From Octopus vulgaris (lineage: Eukaryota): a stretch of DNA of 64,000 nt. Shown piece by piece: positions 25,265 through 38,888 of the stretch. The stretch spans positions 85,064,001-85,128,000 of the forward strand of contig OX597815.1 in the NCBI GenBank assembly GCA_951406725.2. Reading direction: 5' to 3'. Positions within the stretch are counted from its first letter, which is position 1. The number at the start of each line of letters is the position of its first letter. The notes under the pieces were generated by a model. The model saw nothing but the letters and a program-made list of their open reading frames with translations. It ran no database searches and was not told the origin of the DNA. The translations under genes were made by a program, and so were the position numbers.

Positions 25265-27639
25265 TATACACACACACACACACACACATGCACACACACA
25301 CATACACACATATATATATATGCACACATATGACAGGCTTCCTTCAGTTTCTGTCTATCAATTTCACTCATAATACGTTGGTCAATCCAGTACTATAGTA
25401 GGAGACACTTGCTCAAGGTGCCATCCAGAATAACTGAACTCAAAAACTCACAAAGCAAACTTCTTAACCACATAGCCTTGCCTGTCTGATTGCATTTGAA
25501 CAAAAGTCTTGATCCATGACCCTTTATTGTCTAAGTTCAAATCCTGTTGGGTTAGAGTTACCTTTCAGTCTTCAGAGGGAACTGAAAATGTACCCATGAA
25601 GTATTGGATTTCATTTAATTGGCTAATTGGCTAAATCATTGCTTTCCAATTGATGATCTTGTGCCAATCTTGTTACTGTTTAGCCCCATTGATTGACCAG
25701 ACTTATGATCAAAAGTGACTATTCCATGTTTCATATATTAGTTACTATATTGTACAATGAGTATTTATTTTTAAGACAAGAGGGTGTAGTTTGAAAAGAA
25801 TTTGGCAGCTATTTCTAGCTGAGGTTCTCATGCTAGTTCATTGTAACTCTATTAGAAATCATACTCAAACAAGATCAACTTGAAGGACTACAAATAGTGA
25901 AATCTGACCATTCAAAATTAAATGTTTGTTTTTATTTGCATAAAGTTTTGTTAAGTTAGTATTAACATATTTAATGTAGTGCGCATGTAAGACTAACTGA
26001 AAATAATTATGTAGTAAGGTATAAAAAAATAACTCAAATAGATATTGACTTAGGAGTTCAAATCCTGCCAAAGTTGACTTTTCCTTTTGTCTTAGTGAAA
26101 ATACCTGAGACCGTTTACTGAACTATATCTGCCACAAACTTTTTAGCACCATGCTCATGTTATAAAGTTACTAGAATCTTCAGCCAGCCCTGGTTATTGG
26201 ATATCATGTTGCTGGATATTAACATGTTGGAGAAAATGATTAGCTGCATTTCTTTTGGTCCTTTTTGTTCTGATTTCAAATACTGTCCACTCACTTATTC
26301 CAGCCGTATTTTGCTGTTGACATCACCAAAATGAATAGCCTAATGGCTATTGGCATGAAAATGTGAGAGATGAGCATGTGCATGTGTTGTGTGTGTTTTT
26401 TGTGTGTTTTTTTTATGCTCTCCTTGTGCAGTCAACTTTACCTTTTATTCTTTTGGGGGTCAATAAAATTAAGTACCTGTCAAATACTGGGGTTGATGTC
26501 ATTGATTCACCCTCTTTCATACATTTGCTGGCTTTGTGACAATATTTGAAGCAATTATTGTTGTTATGATTCTATCAGTAAGTTAAAGAGACATCAGATG
26601 CTTCACTAAAGAGATCAGATAAGACCCATAGTGTCTGAAAGAATTAAAAAAACAAACATTAATCCATGATTTGTATTATTTTCCCCTCACTACATATTTC
26701 CTGTTGGATTTTTATTATCTCCATTAAATATTCTAGATGAAACTGAACCATTGTTTATCAAGTGGGAATTATTTCTGAGTCATTTACTAACATTAAGGAG
26801 AGGCAACAACAGGATACAAGTCACTTTCAGGTCAGCTGGTGTCAGTATCTCGTCAGTATCCTATCAATTGCACCAACTAACCAAATGTACTTCCTTTCTA
26901 ACACTACATGCTTTATAGTGAGACAACAAAGAAGCCTCAATGTATTTGCTCGATTAGCTAGAAACCACAACCAAGTCTCTTTCAAATGATACCCTGCTGT
27001 CTTAAAGTAGAGGAAGGATGCATATGACAATGTAGTCATATATATACTGAGAACTTATAGACTTGATCCAAGACTTCGAAATATGACCTGACTATTGCTG
27101 GTGCCATAAAAAAAAAGCACCCAGTGCTTTCTGTAAAGTGGTTGGTATTAGGAAGAGCATCCAGTCATAGAAATCATGCCAAAGTAGACAGTGGCACATG
27201 ATGGTGTTCTTGGGTACATTGGATCCTATCAAACAGGTCAACCTACATAATCTTTCAAGAATAGAAGTCTGTAGTAGGATGTTTTTGTCTTTTTTTTTTT
27301 TTTTTTTGTGGATAAGAAGTGAAGAGTTGACTTTTTTGTTTCTCCCTCCCATCCATTTTCTGATTCAAAATTTCAAATTTATAAAACTGATAAATCTTCA
27401 TATGCTAACTTTGAAGGGAAGAGAGAACAATTTTTGAAAAATATTTTGGGAAGTAAAGTTAACACTGAAATGTAAATGGCATAATGACTCTCCTAAGATA
27501 CAACAAAATATATTTCAATAATCTACCCATCTTATATCTCTCTGCCGTCCCTTTTTAGTACCACATAACCAGCTCATTTCTCCTTTCACCCATCCTTTTC
27601 ATGCTTGACCACAGACTCATTCATTTGTACTATCTTGGG

Positions 27640-28520
27640 CCCTCACGAAGGTAAACTTGGGTATGCGAATAACAAGAGAAACAAGTAACATATAGAACGA
27701 CCCTTCATCAGTTTTCAGCTGTTCATCTACTCCACATTTCGAGCAATTCACAACAATATGAGGCTTCAAAAACAGCTGCTCCTGCAAACCAAAATAAAAT
27801 TTGGGATTTGCGGAGGGTCAAAGTTGGTAACAAAAACAGGATAGTGGAGACATACAACAAACCAAATGAAAACAAACATAGAGGGCCGTTTGGCCAGATG
27901 AGGTAAGGTGGCGAATGCTGGAGGAATATTCTTTGACAAGAGAAAAAACAGGAGAGGAGACAGATAAGAATGCATCTGGTTTGTGTGACAGACTGAAGGA
28001 AAAGAAAGATGGACGATGGTCACGTGTAAACAATGAGAAAGACAAAAGGAGGAAGAAGGAAAGAGGGGGAGACAAACAGATAGAAAATGGTGAAGGGGAG
28101 AAAAAGAATTAGAGAAAGGGAGAGAGAGAAAACGAAAGGGGGGGAGAGAACAGCACAGGGTAGAGTCACACATATATATATATATATCCTCTCATAAGCT
28201 CATCTTTCTAGCATTCATAACAATTCTTGTATCGTCTTGGCTTAACAGCCATCACCGTTTTTTTTTTTTACTGTCTTGTTCTCACTGTCCTGTTCTTGTA
28301 ACCACTTTCACTCTCCACAAAAAATCCCAAATTTTATTTAATTTGCTTTGCAGGAAGGACTGTTTCAATGACATCGTGTATTGTCTTTGCCTTCGAAACG
28401 CAGAGTAAATGAAACAGGGAGAACTGATAAAGGGGAATCTTCTTTATGTTGCATGTCTCGTTTCTCTGTTTTATTCGTTGTTAAAAAAAAAGTTCGTTTT
28501 CTATGTTTTTGTTTTTATGT
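27640..28520. repeat. Two diverged copies of one repeat in opposite orientation around a TA tract
   Basis: Shared blocks CCCAAATTTTATT..TTTGCAGGA..CTGTTT..TCGAAA.G..GAGTA.ATG..ACTGAT.AAGGG on the minus strand (27680-27810) and plus strand (28325-28460). Confidence 0.6.
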
Positions 28521-28526
28521 TTTCAT

Positions 28527-28718
28527 TGCCAGCTCTGTCTGGCTCCTGTGCAGGTGGCACGTAAAAAGCACCCACTACACTCACGGAGTGGTTGGCATTA
28601 GGAAGGGCATCCAGCCGTAGAAACACTGCCAAATCTGACTGGGCCTGATGAAGCCTTCCGGCTTCACAGACCCCAGTTAAACCGTCCAACCCATGCTAGC
28701 ATGGAAAACGGACGCTAA

Positions 28719-28752
<34 letters not shown>

Positions 28753-28905
28753 CTCATTGTATTCAACGTTTTTTTTTTATGTCTTGTACCCACATATATG
28801 TAGTTATGTACATATATGTATGTATATATGCATATATTTATATATTATTTATACTATTATATACATATATATATATATATATACATACATACATACATAC
28901 ATACA

Positions 28906-28941
<36 letters not shown>

Positions 28942-28989
28942 TATATATATTATTATATATATATACATATATATATATGTATATATATG

Positions 28990-29022
<33 letters not shown>

Positions 29023-29118
29023 CATCATCATTATCATTTAGCGTCCGCTTTCCATGCTAGCATGGGTTGGACGGGTCAACTGGGGTCTGTGAAGCTGGAA
29101 GGCTTCGTCAGGCCCAGT
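28527..29118. mobile_element. RTE tails (+ 28527-28750; - 29021-29118) around compound microsatellites
   Basis: Tail consensus plus (GAT)n. Confidence 0.75.
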
Positions 29119-29156
<38 letters not shown>

Positions 29157-29487
29157 AAAATGTGTGAACATGTATGGAATGCTGATCCGGAGGTTAAACA
29201 ACAGCAACAGCAACACAGTCATAAGAAAGCCATAAAGACATGATATATATCAAGGTAGATAGCGTCTTGTGTGGGACGTAGTCCTAAATAAAGGTGTGTT
29301 AGCAAAAGAATACTTCCAGATATTTTGCTGTTCTTTTTTTTATTTTTTTGTACTTCTGTTATTTATTTTTATTGTTATGTATAATTTATCACTGTTTCTT
29401 TAATATTGCTTTCAATTAATTGGTTGGGTGACAAGCTAACTGGGTTCACAATGGTAGGAGGTGGAGTTAAAGACATAATTATGAGTT

Positions 29488-30855
29488 ATTAGCAGATACA
29501 CCCGGCGTCGCTCAGGATTTAACCCTTTCGTTACTGTATTTGTTTTGAGATACTCTGTGTTTCTTACAATTACTTTAAATATAACAAAAAATTTTGTAAG
29601 ATAACTTAGTTATCATTCAGTTAGTATTAGGAACATAAATTGTGACTAAGGTTTGGTGGAATATTTATATATATATAAAATACTAGCAGCATAGCCCGGT
29701 GTTGCCCGGGTATGTAAGAAACTTTGTCGATAAGCAATGCCCTTTACCTTTTTACCCTTTTTTGTACTCATTGAACCGTTATTTTGTAAAATGAAGCCTA
29801 AAAGGCATTAAGGCATTCAAGGCACCGTTCCCTTGCATGCATGAAAATAAGACATTTGTACTCAGAGCCAGAGCCAGTTTCAGTTGGGTTGGTAACGAAA
29901 GGGTTAAATGGCTTAGCTTCTATATGTGGTAAAGTTAAGTTGAAACATGGGATACAGGGAAGTGCAGCATCGATGACAAAACATTTGCGGAGTATATGAA
30001 GGGCTAATTCAACTAAGCAACATGTCATGCTTCTGTTTGGAAGATTCCAGACCCTAACCATGTCATGGTGATGTGGGAGGCAGGGTATGTGATTTTCGAA
30101 TGCACCAAAAAGCTCTCAGTGGATATACTCTCCTTTGCAGCTGTCAACGCTACCACTACCACACTGAACAATCAGCAAACAAAGGAACTACATCTATGTG
30201 GTAAATTAAGCCTGTGGGCACACTCAAAAGTACCACATGAGAGAAATCTACATGAAAGAAATGATGTGGTAAGTTGGGGTGGGATTGGTTGAAGCTGTTA
30301 ATGCAGCATTCCTGGCCAGGCAACTACTACACTGCTCATTGCTTTCAGTTGCTCTTGCTGTAGTTGTACATGCAGTATTTTGTGATTGTCTAATTGAAGT
30401 CTCATTTGATGATTCATTTGCTCTTCTTCTTTTTTAATTTTTCTGCTACTGCTGTTTTTCAGCCAATGAAGGATCTCTTCTTTGGAGACATTATGTCAAG
30501 AAATATGATGTATAAAGTCGTCAGGTATGAAATTTGTAGTGAGATATATGGTACATTTTGACAGCTGCTCATTTTGTGCCATTATTATATTTTGGCAATT
30601 TTTATTTTTTGTTAGAAAGCTGACACATCTATTTCTTTATTCTAACTCATTTTGTGCTTTATAAAGTATTTATAAATCCTTTTTTGCTATTTTTGTTTAG
30701 AGATGGATAAGTCGAAAATTTGAACAGTTTTGAAATATGAATTCTTTCTTGAAAATACAGCATCACAGACAGCTCAGAATACCATCTCTGGAACATAAGT
30801 AATGTATATTCCCAGTTTGAAGAAAATCAGTTGTGAATTTCAGAAGATATGCAGG

Positions 30856-30893
<38 letters not shown>

Positions 30894-30920
30894 ACACATA
30901 CTGAGTTTTATATATATAGA
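29488..30920 (-). mobile_element. Non-autonomous Helitron-like element
   Basis: Minus strand starts TCTATATATATAAAACTCAG-(TG)n; the 3' end has a GC-rich hairpin and CTAAT (CTRR). Confidence 0.6.
29523..29903. mobile_element. piggyBac-like MITE, itself interrupted by a Helitron 3' end at about 29682-29830
   Basis: TTAA-CCCTTTCGTTAC...GTAACGAAAGGG-TTAA; internal ACTAG..CCCGGTGTTGCCCGGG. Confidence 0.8.
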
Positions 30921-30944
30921 TGATTGGGTGTAGTACTTAATTCA

Positions 30945-32005
30945 TTTGGCATGGTTTCTATGGCTTGATACCTTTCATAATTCCAACCACTCCAAAAGTG
31001 TAATGGGTGCTTTTACATTCCACCAGCATGGGTGCCATTTGCTTGACACCAGTAACTATCACGACTATGATTTTACTTGGCTTGATGAGTCTTCTTCTCA
31101 AGCTTGGCATAATGCCAAAGGTCTTGATCATTCATCATTGCCTCTGTAGGGCCGAAAACACTCAAAAGGTGCTTTTCACATGCCACCAGCATCAGCCACC
31201 TTGCCTCCATGAGGCCTAACACTCAAAAGGTGTTTTTTACGTGCCTCCAGCATGGTTGCCAGTTACATGACACCAGCATCAGCCATGACCACGATTTCAC
31301 TTGGCTTGACGTGTCTTCTCAAGCACAGCATATCACCAAAGGTTTTGGTCACTAGTCTTTGCCTCTGTGAAGCTCAATGTTTGAAGATCGTGCTTCACCA
31401 CCTCGTCCCATGTCTTCCTGGGTCTACCTCTACCATAGATTCCCTCCACAGCTGGAGATTGGCACTTCTTTACACAGGTGTACTTGTACATATGCATTAC
31501 ATGACTATACCAACACAGTTGTTTCTCTTGTACACCACATCTGATGCCTCTTATGCCTAACTTTTCTCTCAAGATGCTTACACTGTCATACATGTACACT
31601 GACATTGCACATCCAATGAAATATACTGCCTTCATTTCTTTCAAGCCTACACATATCCTCAGCTGTCACAACCTGTTTTGCTGCCATGTAGCATAGCTGT
31701 TTACACACAAGCATCATACAATGAGCCTTTCTTTCTGAAGGAGAGGCCCTTTGTTGCCAACAGAGGTAGGAACTCTCTGAACTTTGCCCTACATATTCTT
31801 ATTTTCACAGCTATGCTCTCGGAGCATTCACCTCCACTACTAGCTTGGTCACCCAGATAACAGAAGCTACCTACTACCTCTCGCTTACCCCACTTGCAGT
31901 TGATGGAGTTTATTTTCTGTACATTTTTGGTGTTTATTGTACCTGTGCATATTCCACAAACAAAAACTATTTTCCCTGTTAGCCTTCTTCTGATATTGCT
32001 GTCCC
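30945..32005 (-). pseudogene. 5'-truncated RTE LINE (C-terminal ORF part and 3' UTR)
   Basis: EVVGSFCYLGDQ..AKFREFLPLL..KGSLYDACV..LCWYSHVMHM..GRGRPRKTW. Confidence 0.85.
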
Positions 32006-33105
32006 TCTTATATATATATATATAAGATATTACGATTCCAGTGAATAAGGCACTTATATGGCAAGGCACCAGGTTGGGTCAAAATTAAAATGCATACACA
32101 TCAATTATAGACAAATAACAACATTGGTACAGAAGTACTAGAAGAAGGATATTCAGGTTATGTATGCAATTAACTGAACCCAACTTAGTACACCATCAGC
32201 CCTTGGGCTAATTCTGAAATGCACATTTTATCAAATATACAGTTCATAATATACTTCAGAACATGTGAGGGGCAGGTTCTGAGAGAGGTGAATCATAAAT
32301 AAATAACAAATGATGGATAGGTATCAATTCATTACGGCTGTTTCCAATTTTTTAATTGATTAATGAGTATATTATATCATTATAAAAAAATTATTTTCTT
32401 CATATGAATACACAAATTATACATTTAAGGACATTTAAAAAATTTCAAATCCTTGGCATGTGCATATTCAGTGATTCCTTGATCGATGCTGGTCACAAAA
32501 TGAGTTTGCTAAATCAAAATAAACCAAATTCAAGTGGTTTTGTAGGAGGGGGACATCTCTACACATATGTTGGAGAGGTATATTTAAGATTTATAGTCTA
32601 GAAGGAGGTTAGTTAGCAAGGTAGGTGGAGAGAGAAAAGAGACAGCCAAATGTCTCCTCTCCACAATTAAGAAAGAGGTACTTCCTTTTATCTTAAAATA
32701 CAATTTAACTTGAGATATGGGATCAAAGGCAAAAGATAAGATTCACAATGATTTATAAATACATCTATTTAAGGTTCCCTTTATGCCAGCTTTATTACTA
32801 AGAGTATGTTTGATGGAGGCATAAATACCAGACTTCGGCTATAGGGTGGAGAGGGAGAAAGAGGGAAATGAGGATGGTATTCATCTTGTTAACAGATAGG
32901 TAAGGAAGTATACCATTAATAGCATACCATAACACCATTGTATGAAAGCAAATGGATAATAGTAAGAGAGAGATTGAAATGGATAAAACAATTCATGTAG
33001 AAAACAGGGGTTATAATAAAAAAAAGTGGGTAGTCATAATGAAGGAATTTGGATACTAATAAAAATGGAACTGATAAAAGTTTCATATAAATCATTAAAA
33101 TTAGT

Positions 33106-33157
<52 letters not shown>

Positions 33158-33309
33158 TCATATAGTAATTATAAAGGTAATTGAAACAATAGAAAAATGG
33201 TTAGAAATAGTATACTGGGAGTAAGATAAAAGAAATGCAATATAACAGGATACAGTACACAGGCAGGTAAAAGGTATAGTTGTAGCATAAAATTAATAAT
33301 GATAATAAT

Positions 33310-33830
33310 GCAAAAAGTGGGGGCTAGAGAGAGGCAAGATGCAGTATGATCACAAACCACAGAGAGTGGTGAAGATGTGGACTTGCAAAATCTTTTGGGA
33401 TTTCTCAGTCCAAACAGACCAGACCTAGTGGTGGTCGACAAGATGCACCACATTTGCTATATAGTTGATGTTGCATACCCCTTTGACCTATGAAAAATCA
33501 AGAAGGTAGGCAAAAAAATAGATAAATACAACCTTCTTAAATACAAAATATCCTGGCTATGGTAAATAAAGAAAGTGAAGATAGTGCCAATTACTGTTCA
33601 GTCCTTGGGAACAGTACCAGAAGGCATCAAGAGGAATATAAAGGAAATTGGAATAGAGTGCCCAGTAGAACTGTTACAAAAGATTTGCCTTGTTGGCATG
33701 GCCAGAATAATCAGGAATGTATTAAATAGTTGAAAAGAACAGATAGCATGATACTGTAGGCTGCAGGCAGCAATCCTGCTATGAATGCAAGACTCCAGGA
33801 GTTCCAACAAAACCAGAGTTAAAAAGAAAT
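33310..33830 (+). pseudogene. R4/Dong LINE 3' fragment (restriction-like endonuclease) in a (TAA)n tract
   Basis: YDHKP..IFWDF..RPDLVVVDK..IVDVAYPFD..KIDKY..LGTVP..LLQKICL; TAA repeats on both sides. Confidence 0.85.
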
Positions 33831-33859
33831 AATAATAATAGTAATAATAATGATAATAT

Positions 33860-35261
33860 TCGGAAACACTCGACATATGTGGAATAGCTGAGAATGTGTG
33901 TGTACTGATTAAGAACAGCATACCTAGTTGGAAAACGTGTCTTTCTTGTAACAACCAGCACTTAGTCGAGGTAACAATCAAAAGCAGTATCTTCCAAGGA
34001 GATTCTTGTTCACCTCTGTTATTTGTTATAGCTTTAATCCCACTTTCTGTAGTCATACATAAAATCAATGTGCACTATTAGCTGAGAAAGAATGGACCTT
34101 GTCTCAACCATGGATGATTTAAAACTGTTCGCAAAAACAGAGCCTGAAATGGAGAGGCTGGTTGAGACTGTGCAAATGTGCAGCAAGGATATAGGGATGG
34201 AATTCGGTATCTTGAAGTGTGCAGAGCTTACTTTGAAGCAGGGGAAAAGAGTAAATTGTAGGGGAACAGAATTACCTAACAGAGAGAATCAAAGACCCAG
34301 ATGATAATGGGTACAATTACTTTGGGATCCTGGAGCTGGACAATATCTTGTGCAGAGAAATGAAAGACAAGGTCATCACTACATATTTCAAGCACCTCAA
34401 ACTTCTCTTGATATCAAAGCTCAACTCAAGGAACCTTGTGACTGCCATCAACATATGAGCTGTTGCTGTAGTCCGCTATAGTGCACCCATCCTGAGATGG
34501 ACTCAAGCAGAGATTGACCAACTCAATTAAACTACCCAAAAGACAATGACAATGCATAGTGCCCTCCACTCTAAGGCAAATGTACACAGGCTTTACATGA
34601 AGAGAGGTAAGGGTGGACGTTGGCTGATTGCTGTACAGGAGTGTATCAAATGTGAAAGAAGAAACATGGCAGAATATTTGGTAAACAGTAAACAAAACCT
34701 GCTACAGTATACTGCTAGTGCAGGAGTTAACAAAAATGGACTTGAGAGTGTTCATGAATTCTGAACAAGAACAACCAACGTGAGAGAAGAAATCCTACTC
34801 CATATGGAATTATATGGTCAGTTCCACCATGAAACCAACAAAGACCAGGAAGCATCATGGAAGTGGCTCAGCAAGAATACTGAAAGCCTAATCATTGCGG
34901 CCCAGGACCAGGCATTGAATACCAACTTAGTGAAAAAGAATATATACCACACAAGTGCATCGGAACTTTGCAGAATGTGTGGGAAGTGTGGCAGCAACAA
35001 GAGTCAAATATAAAGGTTATTCCTATTGTCATCGGAGCATTGGGCTCAATACTAGCCAATCAGAAAAAACATCTGAAAATTTTAGAGATACCCTACAATC
35101 TAAATGTATTGCAAAAGTCAGCACTACTTGAAATTGCATGCATATTGTGTAAAGTACTGTCTGTCTGAGGTCCTTGTTGTGACTTGACAAACAGTACAAA
35201 CCGCCAGTAGACACAATATCTTCAATCAACAACATCACAATATTGCACACTGTGCGATGTC

Positions 35262-35327
<66 letters not shown>
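33860..35327 (+). pseudogene. R4/Dong LINE (RT to C-terminus, endonuclease core deleted) ending in (TAA)n
   Basis: IFQGDSCSPLLF..MDDLKLFAK..DIGMEFG..RLYMKRGKGGR..IIAAQDQAL..CRMCGK joined to VIPIVIGALG..LQKSALL. Confidence 0.9.
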
Positions 35328-36807
35328 TTGAAAGACTGCTGAAAACTTGTGGATACCTAAGGTTACAGGTAGTAACCCACTATCCATGCAATCCTTACCA
35401 AGAATAAGAGCGAACCTGAGACAAATCAGAATAATAATAAAATAATCATAGAATGGTAGGGCAATATAATACACAAATTCCATTGATAAGTAAAATACAG
35501 GAGGAGTGAAATATGAAAAAATTAATTTCTTATAGATTATAAAAGATCAGACATAGAGAGGGAACTGTATATACAAAATGTATTTAAAAACAGATACTAA
35601 TGCCTTTACTTGGTTACTCAGTTGACCTGGAAAAGCTATTGGCGCAATCACCTGTTGTCTTTTAAACTTAGACATAAGGCTAATAGCAAGTCATTATCCA
35701 CGAAGGTTTGGGAAATCAAATTTAACATAATATGAAATATAATTTGTAGAGCTCAACCATACTTCAACAGTTGATATGGGTGTTGCATGGAGCTGTATGA
35801 AATATTAAAATATCAAAATATAGAAATACGGATAATTTAATGAATAATAAATTAAATCTTAGGGTTTCATGTGTTCATAAAATCGCCCATATATTTAAAT
35901 ATTTTAAAAGCATTATTTAGTCAACGAGCCCCTGTTTTTCTATGACAGCATCTGTACCTTCTCTTCGCTTCATAGCTGAGCCTGTGTAATAGAATTGCCA
36001 TTGTGATTATATAGTGATATCTCCTGACCCACTAGCCCTTATAGACCTCCTGTTTAGCTAATTATGCTTTGATTAGCTTGATATACCTTCACAATTTTTG
36101 TGTGGTTTGGGCAATTAATACTAGAACCTGTTTATTATGTAACACATAACCTGACCCAATTGGCATGTTACTATACCTTTATATATTATTTTTACTTATA
36201 ATTACTTTTATTATAATTATGCTTATGATTACTTTAGTGTTGATGTCTTATCACACCTATAGATTGCTAACTACACCTGTATTAACTAAGCTTGAATTAT
36301 AACTAAATGTGCACTCTTATCAGCTGCTAGGTGTCCAACATGGATCATGTTTATCTTCTCTTTGCTTTTTATAAACTATGAAACTTTATGATCTCTCTTG
36401 AAATATATCGTTAATATTACTGTAGAATGATAATAATACTTTACGGAGATGTACTTCCATAGCAAGTGATTTGATCTGAGATCGTGTGCTTAAACTTAAA
36501 TGTTGAAGTGAATCGAACGGCTTTTGTGTGTTTCTTAAATGGCTTACAAACACCTTCTACGCTGCAATTGGATAATAATACCATTTACTTTGTTTGTTAC
36601 TCCTTACTAAAATTAAAGACTACATTTATAATCACATTTTTTAAAATCCATTTTATATATACAGTTCCCTCTCTATGCCTAATTATTTATAATCTATAAC
36701 AAAAAATTAATTTTTTCATATTTCACTCATCCCATATATTACTTATCTATGGGGTTTGTGTATTACCATATTTTAACATGTATAAGGAACCCCCTAATTT
36801 TTAGGGC

Positions 36808-37478
36808 TTTAGTCATTGCCTTTGTGAGGCTCAAAGTTCAAAGATCATGCTTCACCACCTCATTCCATGTCTTCCTGGGTCTACCTCTACCATAGGTTCC
36901 CTCCACAGTTAGAGATTGGCACTTCTTCACACAGCTGTACTTGTCCATATGCATGACATGACCATACCAGTGCAGTGGTCTCTCTTGCACACCACATTTG
37001 ATGCCTCTTATGCTTAACTTTTCTCTCAAGGTTCTTACACTCTGTCATGCATGCACGCTGACATTGCATATCCAGAAAAACATACTGGCTTTATTTCTTT
37101 CAAGCCTACACATGTCCTTGGCTGTCACAACCCATGTTTCACTGCCATGCAACATAGCTGCTAACACACAGGCAGCAGATAATCTGCCTCTCACCCTGAG
37201 AGAGAGTCTCTTTGTTTCCAGCAGGGGTAGGAGCTCTTTGAACTTTGCCCATCCTATTCTTGTTCTCATAGCTACGCGCTCTCGTGGCATCCACCTCCAC
37301 TTAATTTGGTCACCTAGATAATGGAAGCTATTTACTACTGCTTGCTTGTTCCTGTGGCAGTTGATAGAGTCTATTTTCTACCCATTTTCAATGTTTATCG
37401 TACCTGTGCAGCTTCCACATACAAAAGCTAGTTTCCCTGATAACCTTCCCCTGATATTGCTGCACCTATTATGTGTCC
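36808..37478 (-). pseudogene. RTE LINE fragment
   Basis: RIGWAKFKELLPLL..MLHGSETW..WYGHVMHM..GRGRPRKTW. Confidence 0.85.
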
Positions 37479-37708
37479 ATATATATATATATATAATAAT
37501 AATAAATATTAGGGAATAAATCCAAACTTACAGGGAAAAATCAGATTTAGGATTGAATCCAATTTTATAGTAAAATATTATATTATATTAAATTAGAGAC
37601 AAAACCACTATTAGGCAAATCAAACAATGAAAGACTTAAGCCAATACATATGATTAATTTATATTATTTAAATATGTAACAAAATTATCAAAAAATATAA
37701 TTAATATC

Positions 37709-37771
37709 CCACTACGATCGTTTCCTGCCTGCTATCTTCAAATTTTTGAGTTGCAGTCATTCATCAGGTGG
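37709..37771 (-). ncRNA. Type-I hammerhead motif (mirror copy)
   Basis: Reverse complement of 37838-37900 with two substitutions in loop II. Confidence 0.7.
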
Positions 37772-37837
37772 TTTAAATATTTTTCTTGGCGAGGTTTAAA
37801 CAATGAACAATGAACCTCGCCAAGAAAAATATTTAAA

Positions 37838-37900
37838 CCACCTGATGAATGACTGCGACTCAAAAATTTGAAGACAGCAGGCAGGAAACGATCGTAGTGG
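37838..37900 (+). ncRNA. Type-I hammerhead motif
   Basis: CCAC-CTGATGA-ATGACTGC...GCAGGCAG-GAAA-CGATCG-TA-GTGG. Confidence 0.7.
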
Positions 37901-38031
37901 GATATTAATTATATTTTTTGATAATTTTGTTACATATTTAAATAATATAAATTAATCATATGTATTGGCTTAAGTCTTTCATTGTTTGATTTGCCTAATA
38001 GTGGTTTTGTCTCTAATTTAATATAATATAT

Positions 38032-38387
38032 ATGGGCAAAGTTCAAAGAGCTCCTACCCCTGCTGGAAACAAAGAGACTCTCTCTCAGGGTGAGAGGCAG
38101 ATTATCTGCTGCCTGTGTGTTAGCAGCTATGTTGCATGGCAGTGAAACATGGGTTGTGACAGCCAAGGACATGTGTAGGCTTGAAAGAAATGAAGCCAGT
38201 ATGTTTTTCTGGATATGCAATGTCAGCGTGCATGCATGACAGAGTGTAAGAACCTTGAGAGAAAAGTTAAGCATAAGAGGCATCAAATGTGGTGTGCAAG
38301 AGAGACCACTGCACTGGTATGGTCATGTCATGCATATGGACAAGTACAGCTGTGTGAAGAAGTGCCAATCTCTAACTGTGGAGGGAA

Positions 38388-38392
<5 letters not shown>
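38032..38392 (+). repeat. Inverted duplicate of 36892-37252 (RTE fragment)
   Basis: Near-identical reverse complement; the ORFs at 36998 and 37930 differ at one residue (ILALF vs ILASF). Confidence 0.9.
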
Positions 38393-38430
<38 letters not shown>

Positions 38431-38448
38431 ATATTCTATTTATATATA

Positions 38449-38853
38449 TTGGGTCATCCCATAAATAATGCAGGCTTTTTCATACTTCTTTTATTTTTCA
38501 GAATTAAGACAAACAAAGTTCTTTTATAATCTAAAATATACTCTCCTTCATTTTCTACAATACTCTTCCATCTGGTAGACTTGCAAGGCCCCTCTTCCAA
38601 AATTCACTTGTCCATAATGAAAAATACTCCTCCAGTGCTGTTCTGACCTTTTTTTTTTTACTTGTTTCAGTCATTTGACTGCGGCCGTGCTGGAGCACTA
38701 CCTTTAGTCGACCAAATCGATCCCAGGACTTATTCTTTGTAAGCCTAGTACTTACTCTATCAGTCTCTTTTGCCAAACCGCTAAGTTACGGAGACGCAAG
38801 CACACCAGCATCGGTTGTCAAGCGATGTTGTGGGGACAAACACACACACACAA

Positions 38854-38888
<35 letters not shown>

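Larger units (their letters stand above)
37495..38030. mobile_element. PLE stub with inverted end (arms 37579-37796 and 37813-38030)
   Basis: About 218-bp inverted arms, each containing a hammerhead core; adjacent to a TA tract. Confidence 0.8.
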
